Below, one piece after another: positions 1 to 13,958 of a stretch of DNA of 64,000 nucleotides. The notes under the pieces were generated by a model. That model was not told the DNA's origin. It did not search any database and worked only from the letters and a program-made list of their open reading frames with translations. Position 1 is the first letter of the stretch. Each line of letters opens with the position of its first letter. The DNA comes from Paramecium tetraurelia (lineage: Eukaryota), in the NCBI GenBank assembly GCA_000165425.1, contig CT868085.1, positions 496,001-560,000 on the forward strand, read 5' to 3'. Both the position numbers and the translations under genes were made by a program.

Positions 1-19
1 AATATTCATTATTTAACTA

Positions 20-321
20 TCAATATGGCGCACTAAATCCCGGGGGTGGTAAACCAGTATTTGGGTCAGTATTCTTGGGTCGTCTAAATAATAAGATGTG
101 AGGTTCAGGTCTATGAGTTTCATAATGAACCCATCCTCTAGATTGTTACACTCCAATAGCTCTCCATTCCATTTCATTTAATAATTTTCCTATATTTAAC
201 TAGTTTAAATACCTTTTGTAATTTTTTTAAATATGTGTTTGGGTAAGATAACGTGTCTATACTCATAATAATCATCAAAATATTTGTCAGAATATTCTAT
301 CTCCTCTGGATAATGAGGCAT
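20..321 (-). CDS. CKS1: Cyclin-dependent kinase regulatory subunit CKS1/Suc1 (92 aa)
   Basis: Ciliate-code translation [28 protein letters not shown]...[31 protein letters not shown] is the canonical CKS signature; one 23-nt intron (190-212) restores a 93-codon frame ending in TGA. Confidence 0.97.
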
Positions 322-984
322 ATCCTCTACTTCAAATTTAAATTAAAAATATAATACAATCCGTGAATTAATTAAAAATATATTTATATTTCCCAAAGTA
401 ATAATAAGGAACTAAATTTAAGTATTTATCAAAACTTAAAATTAATAAAAATAAAACCGATAAACAATAAACAATAACCAATAACCAATAGAAGATCTCA
501 TATTTATTATAATTTTCTATAATATAATACATTCTAATAATAATATGTATTAAACACAATTTATGTATTTAAAAATAACTCCAAATGCATTTTTAACACT
601 AAACTATTTTTAAATACTTAAGTTATTAATTCGGATTCAATTATTTCTACAGCTTATTAGCAAAACCTTATATTATGGATAAATTGTTAAATATAAAATA
701 ATCAATATTGTCATTAATCTAAACTAATCATTCAAGAATATTGTACTTTAGTGCTAGATTATTTTTGTTTTAAAATCGCTCAAATAAATGTTATTTACAT
801 TATTTAAAAATAAAAATAAATTATAAATGGCAAGAATGTCATCATAAAATACTCAATTTTGAGATTTACATCTAAACATTTAACAAGCTTCTTAGAACAA
901 CATAATTCTTGAGAATAATCAAATTCTTAAAAATTCTAATAATTAAACCATGATTATTCAAGAATTTATTTGATATTTTAATTA

Positions 985-2239
985 ATGAAATTCATCCTTT
1001 AATGCTCAATATGCTTATAGAATTTAAAAAGTCCAGTCTCATTGAGTTGTGGACATACTTTTTGTTAGACCTGCATATAAAATTCTTTTGATACACAAGA
1101 ATTTTGTGCATGTCCCTTGTGTCGTTAACCAGCATTACTTAGTAGCAATAAAACTGACGAATTACTACCTTTAGTTCAATAGATTTATGAATAAGAAGGA
1201 ACCTAAGGTATTGTTGACCTTTAAATTAGGTTTATTGAATGAATTCCCAACTTTAATTATATGCCTTTGTTGCGGATTAACTCCAGTCAACCCAGTAGTG
1301 CTTTCTTGCTAACATATGTTTTGTTAGAAATGCATTGAAGAAAATTTAAAAGAAGAATTATTATGCCCTGCTTGTTCTGATTATAGTTTTAATATCAAAG
1401 TCAATACAAATAAGAAATATAAAGATCTCATTGATTGGTATTTAAAGGAATTCAAAATAGAAGAAGAATAAGAAGTTGTTAATAAAGATGTCTAAAATGG
1501 AAACATAAATGGTATTCCAATCTTTGTTTATGATCAATCAGTCATTATATATGGCTCTATAGAGTTGCAATTTTTAGAATTCAGATATCAAGAAATGATA
1601 AAGATGGTTAGTTCTGGTTCAGGGAACTTTATTATATCGAGTGATTTAATTAATGGAGACTTGGTACAAATAAGAAGCATCAAAAAAACAAAGAAAGGTT
1701 ATCAAGTCTAGGTTGATGGTTTATCAAGAATAAAAATAAAATAAATATATGGTTATATTGAGGGAGTCAAGACTTCATATTAATAGTGGAATGCTCAATA
1801 ATTATGGCTTGCTTAATGCGAATACATAAGAGATTAAACTTTCAAAGAGAATTGCTTTTAGCAATACAAATATATTGTGGCTACTTTATAAAAATTATAT
1901 TAAAATATCAACTTAGAAGTCGGAGATATTTTTAAGGCTTTCATGGGAAAAATAACAAGTCTATCAGATTCTGAAAGTAGTCTTATTCTATTAACTTCGC
2001 TAAATAATAATTTTGAATAACTATACTATGAAACAGATCTAGAGAAACGAGTTTAACAGATTTAATAACACTTTGCTATTTTAGAATAAAAGATTAAAGA
2101 AATATATGCAAAAGATGATTAAATTTAACATGCCAAACTGAAATAAGATAGCATTGAAATAATCTCATATCCAGAATTCGATGTCACTACTCAATATTTT
2201 TTAAATCTCTTTAACATCAAAAAAGTTCTATGTTTTTGA
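985..2239 (+). CDS. Double RING-finger plus LON substrate-binding domain protein (LONRF-like E3 ligase)
   Basis: RING1 CSICLQNLKSPVSLSCGHTFCQTCI...CPLCR; RING2 CLCCGLTPVNPVVLSCQHMFCQKCI; then IPIFVYDQSVIIYGSIELQFLEFRYQEMIK and VDGLSRIKI, resembling the LON N-terminal domain; 22-nt intron 1208-1229 gives 411 codons. Confidence 0.85.
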
Positions 2240-3068
2240 TTTACTTATTTCATATATAATTCTAAATCGATATAAATTAATAAAAATCACTTTTTTAAGC
2301 ATCAATTAAACCTTGTTTTAACTATAAAATAAGAATATTAAATTAAATAATTTATTTTATAAAATTAATTAAGAAGTGTTAAATAATTCTTATTCCTCAA
2401 ATATCTTAAAAAAATTATATTGTATTTCATTTAAGATTCTGAATTCATCTTTATTTGTGGCATATTCTAGAGATTGTGACTATGAAATAGCAAATTTGAA
2501 AATGGTAATTTTAAATATTTTCCCTTTTATTATTTGAGGTTTTTAATATAGTTTATTGTTGGTTTTCTAAAATATATCGAGTTTCTTAATATTATATTAT
2601 TTTCTACCATTTATAATTTTTACTTTTTCTAAAAAGAATTAAAGGATTAGATTTAACTTGTATATTAAATTTTTAATCTTTGTTTTATATATATTGATGA
2701 AATTAAACAAGAGAAATTCTAATAACCATTAATAGTTATAAAAATCCTTTCCTAATATAAAGTATTATGGTTTCAATAATTGGAAATAGCTATTGATTCA
2801 AAGAAGTTAAGAAGATTTGGTAATATTTTAGGCTATTAAATCCTATACTAATAAGGTTATTATTACAATTATTCTGGCAATTAATAATTAATAAATTAAA
2901 AATAATAAAAGTAATTCTATTGTATTGTTTTTGTTAATGTTATAACTAGATAAAATCAAATCTTAGTATTAATATTGATTATTCTTATTCTTCAAGTTGA
3001 AGATACATAAAATAAGTGGCTTTTTAAATTGGAAGACATAAAACAATAATTTAAATAAATAATCTTCA

Positions 3069-4801
3069 ATGATTTTTAATAAATTCACTCTTAATTTTAA
3101 ATCGAAATGTATTGAAAATGATTATAGAAATTTGTAATAAATCTACATAAAGTAGGAATTCACACTGTTTTCAATCCAAACACTTGTAAAAATAATATTG
3201 ATTCTAGTTATTTTTCACAGCTTACATATTATACTACTTTTAAGAATATACATATAATGGAATTATTGTAGCAAATATTTTGGCCTTTATGGTTTCAATA
3301 GTGATGCTGAAATTCATAATTAATACTCATCCATCGTGGAATGAGTACATATTGCCACTACTTTAAATTTATATTGCCTACATTTGGAATTTAGATAACT
3401 TTTTCCCCACAACTACAGAAGATCCCAATTATGATTATGATGCCAGTTATGAATATAACTGGTATTATGGATTTCAAGCATTCTACTTCCACTTCGGTAA
3501 AAATTAATAAAATATATAAAGCAATATTGTAACTTGGGTATCAAATATGGCCTTAGGCAATTGCTCTTATTGCTATATATATTTAATATGTTACTTATTA
3601 CCCTACTTAGACATTAGAATATTTAGCAATGTGCTTGACTATATTTTTAGTATTTATAGGATTAGTTGTCATGAAATATTCAAATGAAAAGATAAAAAGG
3701 TTATAATTTAGGGACAGCAGAGAATAGAATAGATGGATCAAGATTATAGATTAAGTTTTAGAGTAATCTATTGTTGTTATTAAGTTTGATCAAAAGTAAG
3801 ATTAATTAATACTGTAATAAATCAATGAATTATCAAAGACAAGATTAAAAATAGAAAATAGTAAGGAATTAAGGGAAATGCTTAGAAATGTACATAACCA
3901 TTATTATTAGATTTAGATGATTATTGAAATTAACAACTTGGAAAAGGATGATATAAAAACAAAGAATTTAGAGTAAGAGATAAGAGATCTCATAATTAAA
4001 AATGATTCCTATAAATTAATTACTCATTAGGTGGATGTTAGATCAAATGTTTTCAATAAGGAATATAAAGTGAAGTTGATTCAATAAGTGTTATAAGACG
4101 AATATTGCGTGATTGCAATATTTGAATAAAATTTAAGAAATTATAATAAATAACTCCAAATTGAAGTTAAGTACAAGGAAAATATCTTTTTATTTTTATT
4201 GAAGTAATTCTTCTAATAAATAAAAACTGCCAATTCTAAATTGAAAATTTTAAATTCAATGATTAATTTTTAACAAATTCGTCTATTACTTTATGATGAA
4301 AATCTAAAATGTAGAAAATCTTGGATATCCACTTCTATCCTCGTAAGCTAAATGAATCTACTATATTCAAGGAAGATCAGAGTTACAATAAAAAAAGATA
4401 TTTAAGGATTTGTGACTAATTAAATATATCTATTTAGTATACTAATGAGTATTCCATAAGTTTTTGATGAATTTTAATGTATGAAAATCAAGGGCAAAAC
4501 TATACTCAATATTTAGAGAGTGAAGATAACTATGATTGGTAGAATGAATGATGCATAAGCTTATCAAAAATTGTTTAAATAAAACTTAAACTTATGCCAA
4601 TCCCTTAAACAAAACTAGAAGATAATTTTGAAGCATCTTTAACAATTAATATCAAATAAAACTATGTCGTGTCAATATAAAAATTAGATAATATCAATCT
4701 ATTTAAACAAATTTCTACTATGGGAAGGATTCAGAGAGAAATATTTCAACCTGAAAACTAAGGACATGTTGGCTCATCTTTCATTTGAATTTGAAGTTTG
4801 A
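3069..4801 (+). CDS. Ciliate multi-pass membrane protein, function unknown
   Basis: Starts MIFNKFTLNFKSKCIENDYR, followed by several hydrophobic segments, then a long soluble C-terminus ending ...AHLSFEFEV-TGA; intron positions not fully resolved; no intact catalytic motif recognised. Confidence 0.6.
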
Positions 4802-5079
4802 TTTGATTTAGTAAATATAAATCTCATTTTCTGATTAATAAATGTGTGTATACAATTATATCTGAATTTTTTTAGATAAAGACAACAACATCTCTGTATT
4901 TTTAAATACTCATTTATCAAGAAATATAGGCATTTAAGAATTAAACTAATTAAATAATTGTTCAATCTGATCAATCAATATAAATCTCTAAATAACAATA
5001 ATTTTTTCTAAAATAATCTGATTGATTAAGAAAATTAAGAATTTATTTATAATTTAAGCATTTTATTATCTCGTAATAT

Positions 5080-5652
5080 TCAATATCTATAAACTGTGCT
5101 ATATGCAGGTGCAACATAACTGGTAGTAACTGGGGCAATTGGAGCAGCAACACTGTAAGAGAGTGGTGAGACATAGTTGATTGGTTGTGCTGTATTGATA
5201 GGTGCAACAAATGAGCTTCTTCTTACTTCTCTTTCTAAGTAATCCACTCTAGGTACGGTTTTTTCGACAGGAATATAATCGACTTATTTTTCATATGTAA
5301 CTTAAGGTATGTATTCTTTTTGATATTCCACAGGGTAATAATCTGTCACCCATTTTTGTTTGGGTACCTACAATTTTTATAACATTCTACTTTCACAACT
5401 CTTTATTCCTCCTCTATTTCGACTACAGATTTCTAATAAGGCACGTACTCATATCTAGATTCTCCTTTAATTGTTGCTGGAGCTGGTTAAACATAGCTTA
5501 TTGGTTAAGCATATGGGATTGGTTACGCATAAGAAACTGGTTGAACATATGAGACTGAATGATGGATTTAAAATATTACCTGGAGCAGGTCTTACAATCG
5601 ATGTCCCTATTGGAGAGGCAAATGAAACACCAAGAGGAGCATATGAGTACAT
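5080..5652 (-). CDS. EPI: Epiplasmin (cortical membrane-skeleton protein), 174 aa
   Basis: P/V/Y-rich termini and central KGESRYEYVPYQKSVVEIEEEQRVVKVPKQKWVTDYYPVEYQKEYIPQVTYEKQVDYIPVEK domain typical of Paramecium epiplasmins; introns of 25 and 23 nt give 175 codons. Confidence 0.9.
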
Positions 5653-6043
5653 TTGATAAATAGAAATAAAATTTATTGAATTTTATTTTTGATTTATTCT
5701 AAAATTATAGACATAAAGGATTTTTAAAAATCTTTCATTGAAAGATTTAATTTGAATCTTTCTTATTGTCCTAGATATTAATAGAGAATTCTAAATTATT
5801 CATAATACTAAAAAATAGTTGATATGTTTAATAGTCTGTATTTAATACTTTTTAGAATATTTTGATTGTTAATTCCAATCTTTCGTTTATAAAAGCCTTG
5901 TTGATGATTAGCAATCACTTTTAATAATTCAAAATTTTCGTTAATTCTTTTCTCATTTAGATTTGTTTAGGGGTGATCAACCTTAATCATTTATAGTTAT
6001 CAATAATTATTATAAATTAATTGAATATATTTAATTAGCCAAT

Positions 6044-9000
6044 TCAAGTGTTTTCCAACTCCATCTTTTTGATGCATTATCTAATGAACATTCGGATTTT
6101 GCGATTGTTATCCACAACTTTCATTGGTATCATGTTTAGCATTTGCATATTCAGGTTAATCTAATATAATTTTTTATTCAATATACTTGAATGTTTAATT
6201 TCTGTAAAAATAATAACCATATCACCGAGACCACTAGTTCTAATATCAATATGTAGATTATGACTAAAATTAATTAGATAGTTAGAGTTGTTGACATCTA
6301 ACTAGTCATAAATTACAATTCAAAATCTGTTATTTGAGAAACTGCTTATTTTATATAGTAAAACAAGGATTGATCAATTTCATAGATTTCTTCATTATAG
6401 ACAACCTCATTTAGATTTTCATTTCTGAAATACTGTAGATAATATTGTTCAACATTGTATATGCCTAATTGAAGATTTCCTTCGATAATCTAATAACAAT
6501 TCGTATCATTATTTTTACTAATTATGGAACAAAGATCTCCATAATAGGTTGAGAAAAATAAGTTTCTGAGATCTGGTAATTTATTTAATAAATCTTTAGC
6601 AAACTAAAATAGACTTAGATCATACATTTTAAAAGTTTAATTGATTTCCTGTAAATATCGTAAGGTCTTGAGCAATCTTAGTCAAAATAGAAATGTTGTT
6701 GATTTGGAAATCTGAATTCAAACTTGACAATTTGTATAGGTTGATGTAGTAACCATAATTTTCTATCTAAATGGAACTTTAATAGAATTGGGGCAATAAG
6801 TATTAAATTTGAGATTTCTCATTTGCACTACTGATAATGTTATACACTGCAAAAACTAAGGTTAACAAAGCAATCAACAGAAATCTAATATATTATTATC
6901 ATACTATACAATTATTCCTTAATTGCCTTTTAGTTTGCTTTTTCTATATTTTTGAATGATCTTTCTCCTCTTCAATTATAACTAATATTAATTGTCTTCC
7001 TCAATAGCTTTGGAGTTCATCTTATCTTAACCATCGACATGCTATTGCAATTCAATTAATTGTTATTCTTCGTCTTCATCACTTGATTCATCATAATCAA
7101 AATTATTCAACTTCTTCAAATCTTCATTATAGAACTTCAAAAATTTGTCAACCTTTTTAGATAAATTTTAAACATCATTTTGCGGAATCTCTAAGAATAG
7201 AAATATAACATTTTCTCTATCTATTTTGATTTCCAACATCAATGTTATGAATTTAATCATACCAATTGTAGTTCCAATAAATAAAACCAATAAAGATATT
7301 AATAAATTCAAATCAGGATACTACACTTAAGAGATAACATCCTCATATAGAATTTAAGAAATCTTTATCAATGGATCATGTATCTAATTAAAATAATTAA
7401 AAAGGATATTTTAAATTGAATTACTCTAAAATACGTTATTCTACTGACTCAAAGATAGATTTAAGCATTCTGATGTAATTAAAAGTATAGAACTCTCCAA
7501 AGATAGTTATATATCCTCATATTGATTGGATTTCTCATACATTCTCAAGTTAATGGTTTCTGAATCAAAGTAAACTCTGTAAAATCCTAGATTAAGATCA
7601 TAATCAAAGTTGATGATTAATTAAGCTGATTCTTAGATTTCAATTTGCAATCGAGTAAAATTGAATTATTAATCCATACATAAATCTAAAGCTCTTGAAA
7701 TTAAGAGATTCAAATTGATAATCTCATTATTAATTTAATAAATAGCTTTAATTTCTGAAGTGAACCCTTCAAAGTTTAATTAACAGAAGTAATATTACAG
7801 GGCAGTTATCAATGCTATAAAATCAATCCAAATGTTAGCATAGATGCAAAACTTAGTAATCTTACTATGCCTGTGATTTTAGGATAATGCATTTCTGATC
7901 TTAATCTGTGATTGCATGTTACTTACCAATTTCTGATCATTGTCATGCTCATCCTAATTAGTATTATTTCTGAATATAGAATTTTCTTATTCTTCTTCTT
8001 CCAATTACTTTAAAAACCATAGTTCTTTTTCCTCATCTATATTTAGAATTTAATTATTAACCAATCTTCTCACTCTGATTTCCGAACCATAATCCAATTT
8101 GATTTAAGTTTATTAATCCTCTTATTAACTTATCATGTCTTTGTAATCATCATATCGTTATTCTGTATATAAATCTTACAAAAACTGCACCAAATTCTAA
8201 TCGTACTCAAAATTAGTATCAATTCGCAGTGCTAATGTATCCAATGATTACACTGTTTGATTAGCTCGAGTGGGTATTAATTTCTGAGTGATGGAAATAG
8301 ACTATCTTTAAGTAATTTGTATAGACTATCTACTTTGACCAGGTAACAAACCCCTAGCACTACTGATAAATGTTGAAGCCTTTCTTCCACCTGAGACATC
8401 AGAAAAATCGATCTTCTCCAACTTAACCAACCAATATCCTGATTTTACTAACTTTTTTGATGCTTGTAACTCTAAAAGTAGATTTTCATTTATTATTTAG
8501 GTAATCTCTATTTCCTTAACTGAACATTAGAAGTAATACACAGACTCAATGTTGTTCTGACCATTCTTATGATATTACACTTACTTCCCATTTTGATTCA
8601 ATATATCGGGCAAAAGGGAATTCAAAATCACTACCTATTTAATATGCCTGAGTTCTATGTCGAAGTATTGGATTGATCCCGAAGACATCTCTATTATAGT
8701 TGTTTCCGAGTCTATAATGAAGACGGCTTATCCCTTAAAAGTAGGATCACTCTTAAAACATACTAGATATTGTAATGAATCTATATTGAAGCTGACCTTA
8801 TAGATGAATGGTATGATGTAGCCATTTCTGTGCTTATAAAACTATAATTGTTCTTAATCAATATATGTTCTTGGATAATCCCCATCATTTTGCATGTTTA
8901 TTAACATATTATCAAAGAACTCAATTAGATAATTATCATGCTACTCAGCATACACTTTAGGCATTAGGATATTAATTGATTTGCCCCTCAATTCTTCCTT

Positions 9001-10973
9001 CTGATATCCAAAAAATGTTGTAAATAGAGAATTTAGATTAATTATCTTACCTATTTCTGATTTTCTAGCACACACCTGGAGAAAGGGTATTGGGTGCTTT
9101 TCAATGTTATTTTCAATCAAATCCTCATCCTCTACCTTCACTTACAATTACTGCTTAGCCAACTTATGTTGATTTTTGAGTATCTGACCCATAAAAGAAT
9201 CATTGAACACTTGATAATAGAAGTTGGCTAAGGCTTTCAAATCAGCAAAACCCAAAGAGTTCTTTTTATTCATCTCTTAATGTTTCTCCATTACTTAATT
9301 GCTCACTTTAGTAATCATGGCTCCTATATGCATGAGTCTAACGAGATTAGGCTAATCTTCTTTGAGTTCATTCCAAAAGGTTTTGTAATACAAGGCAGCC
9401 ATTTTCATTTTGGAATAGAGTTCACTTTTATTATTTTGATTTGCAATTGCATCCACAACATCATCACTTTTATCTTTGATAATCTTCCTATATTATAATA
9501 ATTCAAATACATATATCGATAGGTAATAAACTACTAGAAAAACTTGGGTTTGCTCTTTTGAGAGACCAAATTAAATTGAATATAGGCATCATTCTTATTA
9601 TTTCTTCTCTCCATCAAAAATAAGGCATAAAAGATTCGTAAAGATGCTGATGACCAGAATTTTCTCAATCCCATCCTAAACATCTTATCTAATTCAATAA
9701 TCAATCCTCTTTTCAAATCATCCAATTATTCTGAGTTCTAAGCCTTCCTTCTTTATTTAAAATAGCAATCATTCAACTTACATGTTTCTTTATGCTTCTC
9801 AATATATCCAATCAAGAGCATGTATGAATTTCTATCAGTATCAGCCTAAGATATCAATTGAAGAACGTATCTGATATGAATCCACACGTCCTCTCCACTT
9901 GAAAACTTGTTCTAGGCTCTAACCAGTGTGTCTACTTTAGATTTCTTAGTCGTCAACATGATAGACACAATAAATGGCAGACCAATGACCCAAGCAATCA
10001 AGCCTCCTGAAAACTCAGCATTTTCTTGCACTTTACATATAACCAACATAACATTAGCCCAAAAATAGTACGAACTGATGATAGAGTAGAATCGTCCAAC
10101 TTCGAAATCGTAAATTGGGTCAGCAAAATTATACTCTTTAAACAACCAAGCAGATAGTGTGAATGTTGTCAAAACCAATATCCATGATTCATTTTTACCC
10201 AAGAAGCAATACAATACTTGGCATGTAACTTTATTAATGATAAATGCAACTTCTCCATTACTGTCTTATCTGGCTGTTCTATTACCACTAGTCATGCCTG
10301 GCTCAAAAAATGCATAAGCCACTATGGCACATATCACTACAAATATCAGCATGAATAGTAATGTTATGAGGGCGTGGAATATATGCCATCCTTGCCAACA
10401 TTACACATTTATTTCATCATATCCATAAATGACATATTCATTAGTGACTGGGTCATTGTAGCATTGGAGTATTGAGGTTAAGGTTTCTGTGATGGGTAAA
10501 AAAAACACGGTCACAAAATAAAATGCCACCTATCTCAATACATAGACAGGCCACATAAATTTAAACTTGTTCTATGAAAATGAGTATGAGACGTAAATGA
10601 TATTCAAAATTATCAACAAAATTGCGCTTAAACAAACATAGACTGAGACTAACAATGCGAAATATGATAAATTAGGTACATATGTTGATATTGAAAACAC
10701 ATTTACAAAATTTAAAATATTGGTTAAAAATGAGTCAGCTTTCCAAACATAGAGTATTTTATTATTGAATGGAAATGAATGCATCTAGACATAATCCAAA
10801 GAAGTCAGAATGTAAAAGTAAATCATTTAATCATCAGCCTTTTCTTCTTTGGCCAAAACAAACAAAACTTTGAAAATAACTATCTTGACCTTCGTTAAAA
10901 AATAATCCAACCCTTTTTATTCAGTCTCAATAAGATTCTCATTTTCCTCTTCATCATCAAATTATCCTTTCAT
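6044..10973 (-). CDS. Large multi-TM PAS-domain protein, tiny macrocysts TmcB/TmcC-like family (~1600 aa)
   Basis: N-terminal TM bundle (FFLPITETLTSILQC...CWQGWHIFHA), helical region (SLRIFYALFLMERRNN), PAS motif NSLFTTFFGYQKEELRGKSINILMPKVYAEQHD...FIKHRNGYIIP, C-terminal TM segments and MLNMIP motif; 26-nt intron near the 3' end. Confidence 0.85.
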
Positions 10974-11073
10974 TTTATTATAATTTTATATTAAATTTGT
11001 TTATTTAAATCATTTATTAAGGACTGTAATTATATTTGACTCAAATGATTGAACAAGGTAGGCAAAGGCTAAA

Positions 11074-11791
11074 ATGTAGATGAAATTTCTCGATTAATCT
11101 ACCTAATCGAATTTGAAGAAATTAAGTAGAACCAAGGAGAAATTTAGAGAAAGATTCGAAATGCGAGAATAATTTGATATATGGAATTAATTTAAAATTA
11201 CATAATAATAGTTCATCTTGAATATTTTAATTAGACAAAATAAAAATTACTTTTTCACTCTTTATGTTGGAAAAGGTATTAAAGTTTTAAGTAGTCACAA
11301 AAGGAGAGAAAATACATAACATAAAGCCATTGTTGCCAACAATAAAATTCAATCTTTCTGAAAAACAAAATAATTACACAGAGATGATGGATCATCAACA
11401 ATCAATGAATCGATACTCTGGAACTTATCGTAGTAATAGTTAGAAAAGAAATTAGATAAAGTCTATCCGAAGATCGAAGGGAGTGGGTTATTCACAATTG
11501 ATTGATAATTATAAAAATACTAGTAGATAATCTTAGGAGAATCCCTTTTAAACAGAATTGCTTATAAAACAATTTTAAAGTATCAGAACCAAGGAGTAGC
11601 CTTCAGAAAGATAAAACACAATGATGGATTGTCCCCCACTCAAATTTCACACAATAGAGGCCACTCCTAAAAACATAAGATATAAGTCACAACCAAAGAA
11701 ACCAGAGCATGTTGACACCGAGATGAAAATTACTCCATATGTACATTAGAATAAAAGATATTAATGTGTTGATTATTACTACATTGTTTGA
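11074..11791 (+). CDS. Hypothetical protein (~230 aa)
   Basis: Open in ciliate code from MQMKFLDQSTQ to ...DYYYIV-TGA if a GTA..TAG intron at 11276-11294 is removed; no recognisable domain. Confidence 0.5.
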
Positions 11792-11833
11792 ATATAATTT
11801 TAAATCCGGTTGTTGTTAATATAAATTTAAAAC

Positions 11834-13036
11834 TCATTTCTTTCCATATGAGGTTTGATTGGCCATTTCTAAAACTTATTATTTGAAGATGTGAATGACT
11901 TCATCAATAATAGCATTCTCCTCTAAGAAAATAGATTGAATGCATACCATTTCTTCTATTGAGTTCGGTTTCATACAAGTCTCTTAACTCATATAAGGAA
12001 GCAGTGGCAGCATTGATGGCATTCTAAGAGTCCTTCAAAACACTATTAGCTTTGGCTTAGACAGCAAGAGCAGCTTGTTCTTACTTGAAAGATATGAGAC
12101 AATAGACATACCACAACCAATTTATCTTATAATTGAGTCTTTCTTTGGATTTCATCATTAAGATGGGCAACCTCAGATTCTGTGTCAGCAAGCCAATCAG
12201 CCAATTAATAATAAGCAGCAATTTCATTGGCTTCCAAATTGGCTAATGATGATTTCAATTAATCTTCTAGATCGGATAAAGCATTGTAAACAAGTTATCC
12301 AACATTATGGCCTGGTTATCTATCAGATGAGGATGATCCCTCTTCTTGTCCTAATGCATGTAATTCTGCATTTCCTGAGGCTTGTTCTACAGCTAATTAG
12401 GCGAATTTGGTCATGGCATCTTGATTGAATAATTGACTGTATTGTTTTAATTTGTCTGAAACATTTTGGACATTGATTTCGACCAATGAGGATGGTTATC
12501 CTGTTAAGTATCCACTCAAATCATTCTTCAATACTCTTATAACTCCAAGAGCATCATTATGTTGTTTGATTGCTCTCACAAACAAACCATTTGAGAAGCA
12601 TCTCAACTCTTATAATTCGACTGATCTTCTATCAATGTCAGCCAATCTTTAGGTTGCCCATGCAATGTAATCTGTTGCTTCCTATATTATAATTATGTTA
12701 GTTACTCTGTATTCAATTCCGATTTGTTCCCTTCTGGCTTTGGCACTGGCCCAGGCTTTTTGATTTAATTCATTGACTTTTGATAATGCAGCGATTCTTG
12801 CCTAACCAATCTCTTCGTCTGAGATATTCTTTTCGTCTGCCACTCCTTGGGCTTCGATATTGCTTGTCTTCAAATCATTCAATAAATCATAAACTGCTTA
12901 AACTGCATCATTTGATTCTGAACCTGTCTATATAATTTATCAATTCGAATGATACTTGAAGCAACAAAGCGAAATCAATATCGAATGCTGATACACTCAT
13001 TAGACCTATCATTGCCAAAATTATGATCTTGTTCAT
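11834..13036 (-). CDS. TMP: Trichocyst matrix protein (TMP / granule-lattice family) precursor
   Basis: Signal peptide MNKIIILAMIGLMSVSA, then helical acidic/Ala-rich halves (AVQAVYDLLNDLK...ELRCFSNGLFVRAIKQHNDALGVIRVLK; ...LEANEIAAYYQLADWL...YETELNRRNEENAIIDEVIHIF); four tiny introns. Confidence 0.85.
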
Positions 13037-13249
13037 TTCCTCTGAACTTTATTATTATATTAAATAAAAACGGTATTGCAATTATTCATTTTAATAAATG
13101 CCCAACACAAATTCACACTCACACCAAATCCAATGTCACTTTCAATGGCTCATGTTCACCTCAAGATATTACAAAACTATCAATTTATCATGTCTCCAAG
13201 TTTATAAACTATATTAATATTTTATTTTTTATATATCTAACTGCTAATT

Positions 13250-13579
13250 ATGAGTGACTCATTGAGATCACTGTCAACAAATCAATCGAGTTGAAGGACA
13301 AATCAGCAAAAAGAAAAAAGTTCAATCTACTTCTTCAAAGACTAATCGTCCTTAAAATATTAGTTATAATGAGCTCATAGATTTATTGCATCCAAATCAT
13401 TTATTCATTAATATTAGTTTGGAAGAAAAGTTCAATGCAATTGAAATGTATCAATATTCATTTACAATAGCATTGATTCCACCTATTTCCCAAATTTCAA
13501 ATTTGTAGTTGATGAAAACCTAGAAGACACAGAAGTCAAATGGAAGCGTTTGCCTTCATTTATTAAATTGACAACCTGA
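13250..13579 (+). pseudogene. Small ciliate-specific gene with an early frameshift (pseudogene or sequence error)
   Basis: ATG 13250 reads MSDSLRSLSTNQSS then TGA at 13292; the downstream frame RVEGQISKKKKV...[23-nt intron]...KWKRLPSFIKLTT-TGA has no in-frame ATG. Confidence 0.5.
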
Positions 13580-13958
13580 AACAGATGTAATCCTTTAGTT
13601 TTCATATATAATAAATCATCATATAATGTCATATCATATATTTTGTCGTCCTTTCTCCTTACTCTCTCTCTACCAAAAAACTAATACAATCAATCAATAT
13701 CCTATTAATACGTTATTAATTGATACAAATTAAACTATCATTTATATCATTCTTATATAATTATAATCAATATTCTAATTAAGATTACAACTCAGAATAA
13801 TTCCAAACAGAAATTGCGAATTTTCTATATAAGGACTATATTAGAGTAAGGAGATGAACACTCCAATCATCGATTTTTCTAACTATGATCATAAACTTAA
13901 GAATGGAAGGAATCTAAAGAAAAATTATGAATATAATTTCTTGGTTATGTATAGAAAA

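Noticed and set aside
3069..4801. Sensor histidine kinase or nucleotide cyclase call
   Set aside because: The N-terminal TM layout is suggestive, but no H-box, N/G boxes or cyclase catalytic motifs could be found.
13085..13200. C-rich, GC-elevated stretch upstream of the TMP gene as a possible ncRNA or small ORF
   Set aside because: No tRNA cloverleaf, C/D or H/ACA boxes or convincing hairpin recognised; the ~50-codon plus-strand frame is not protein-like.
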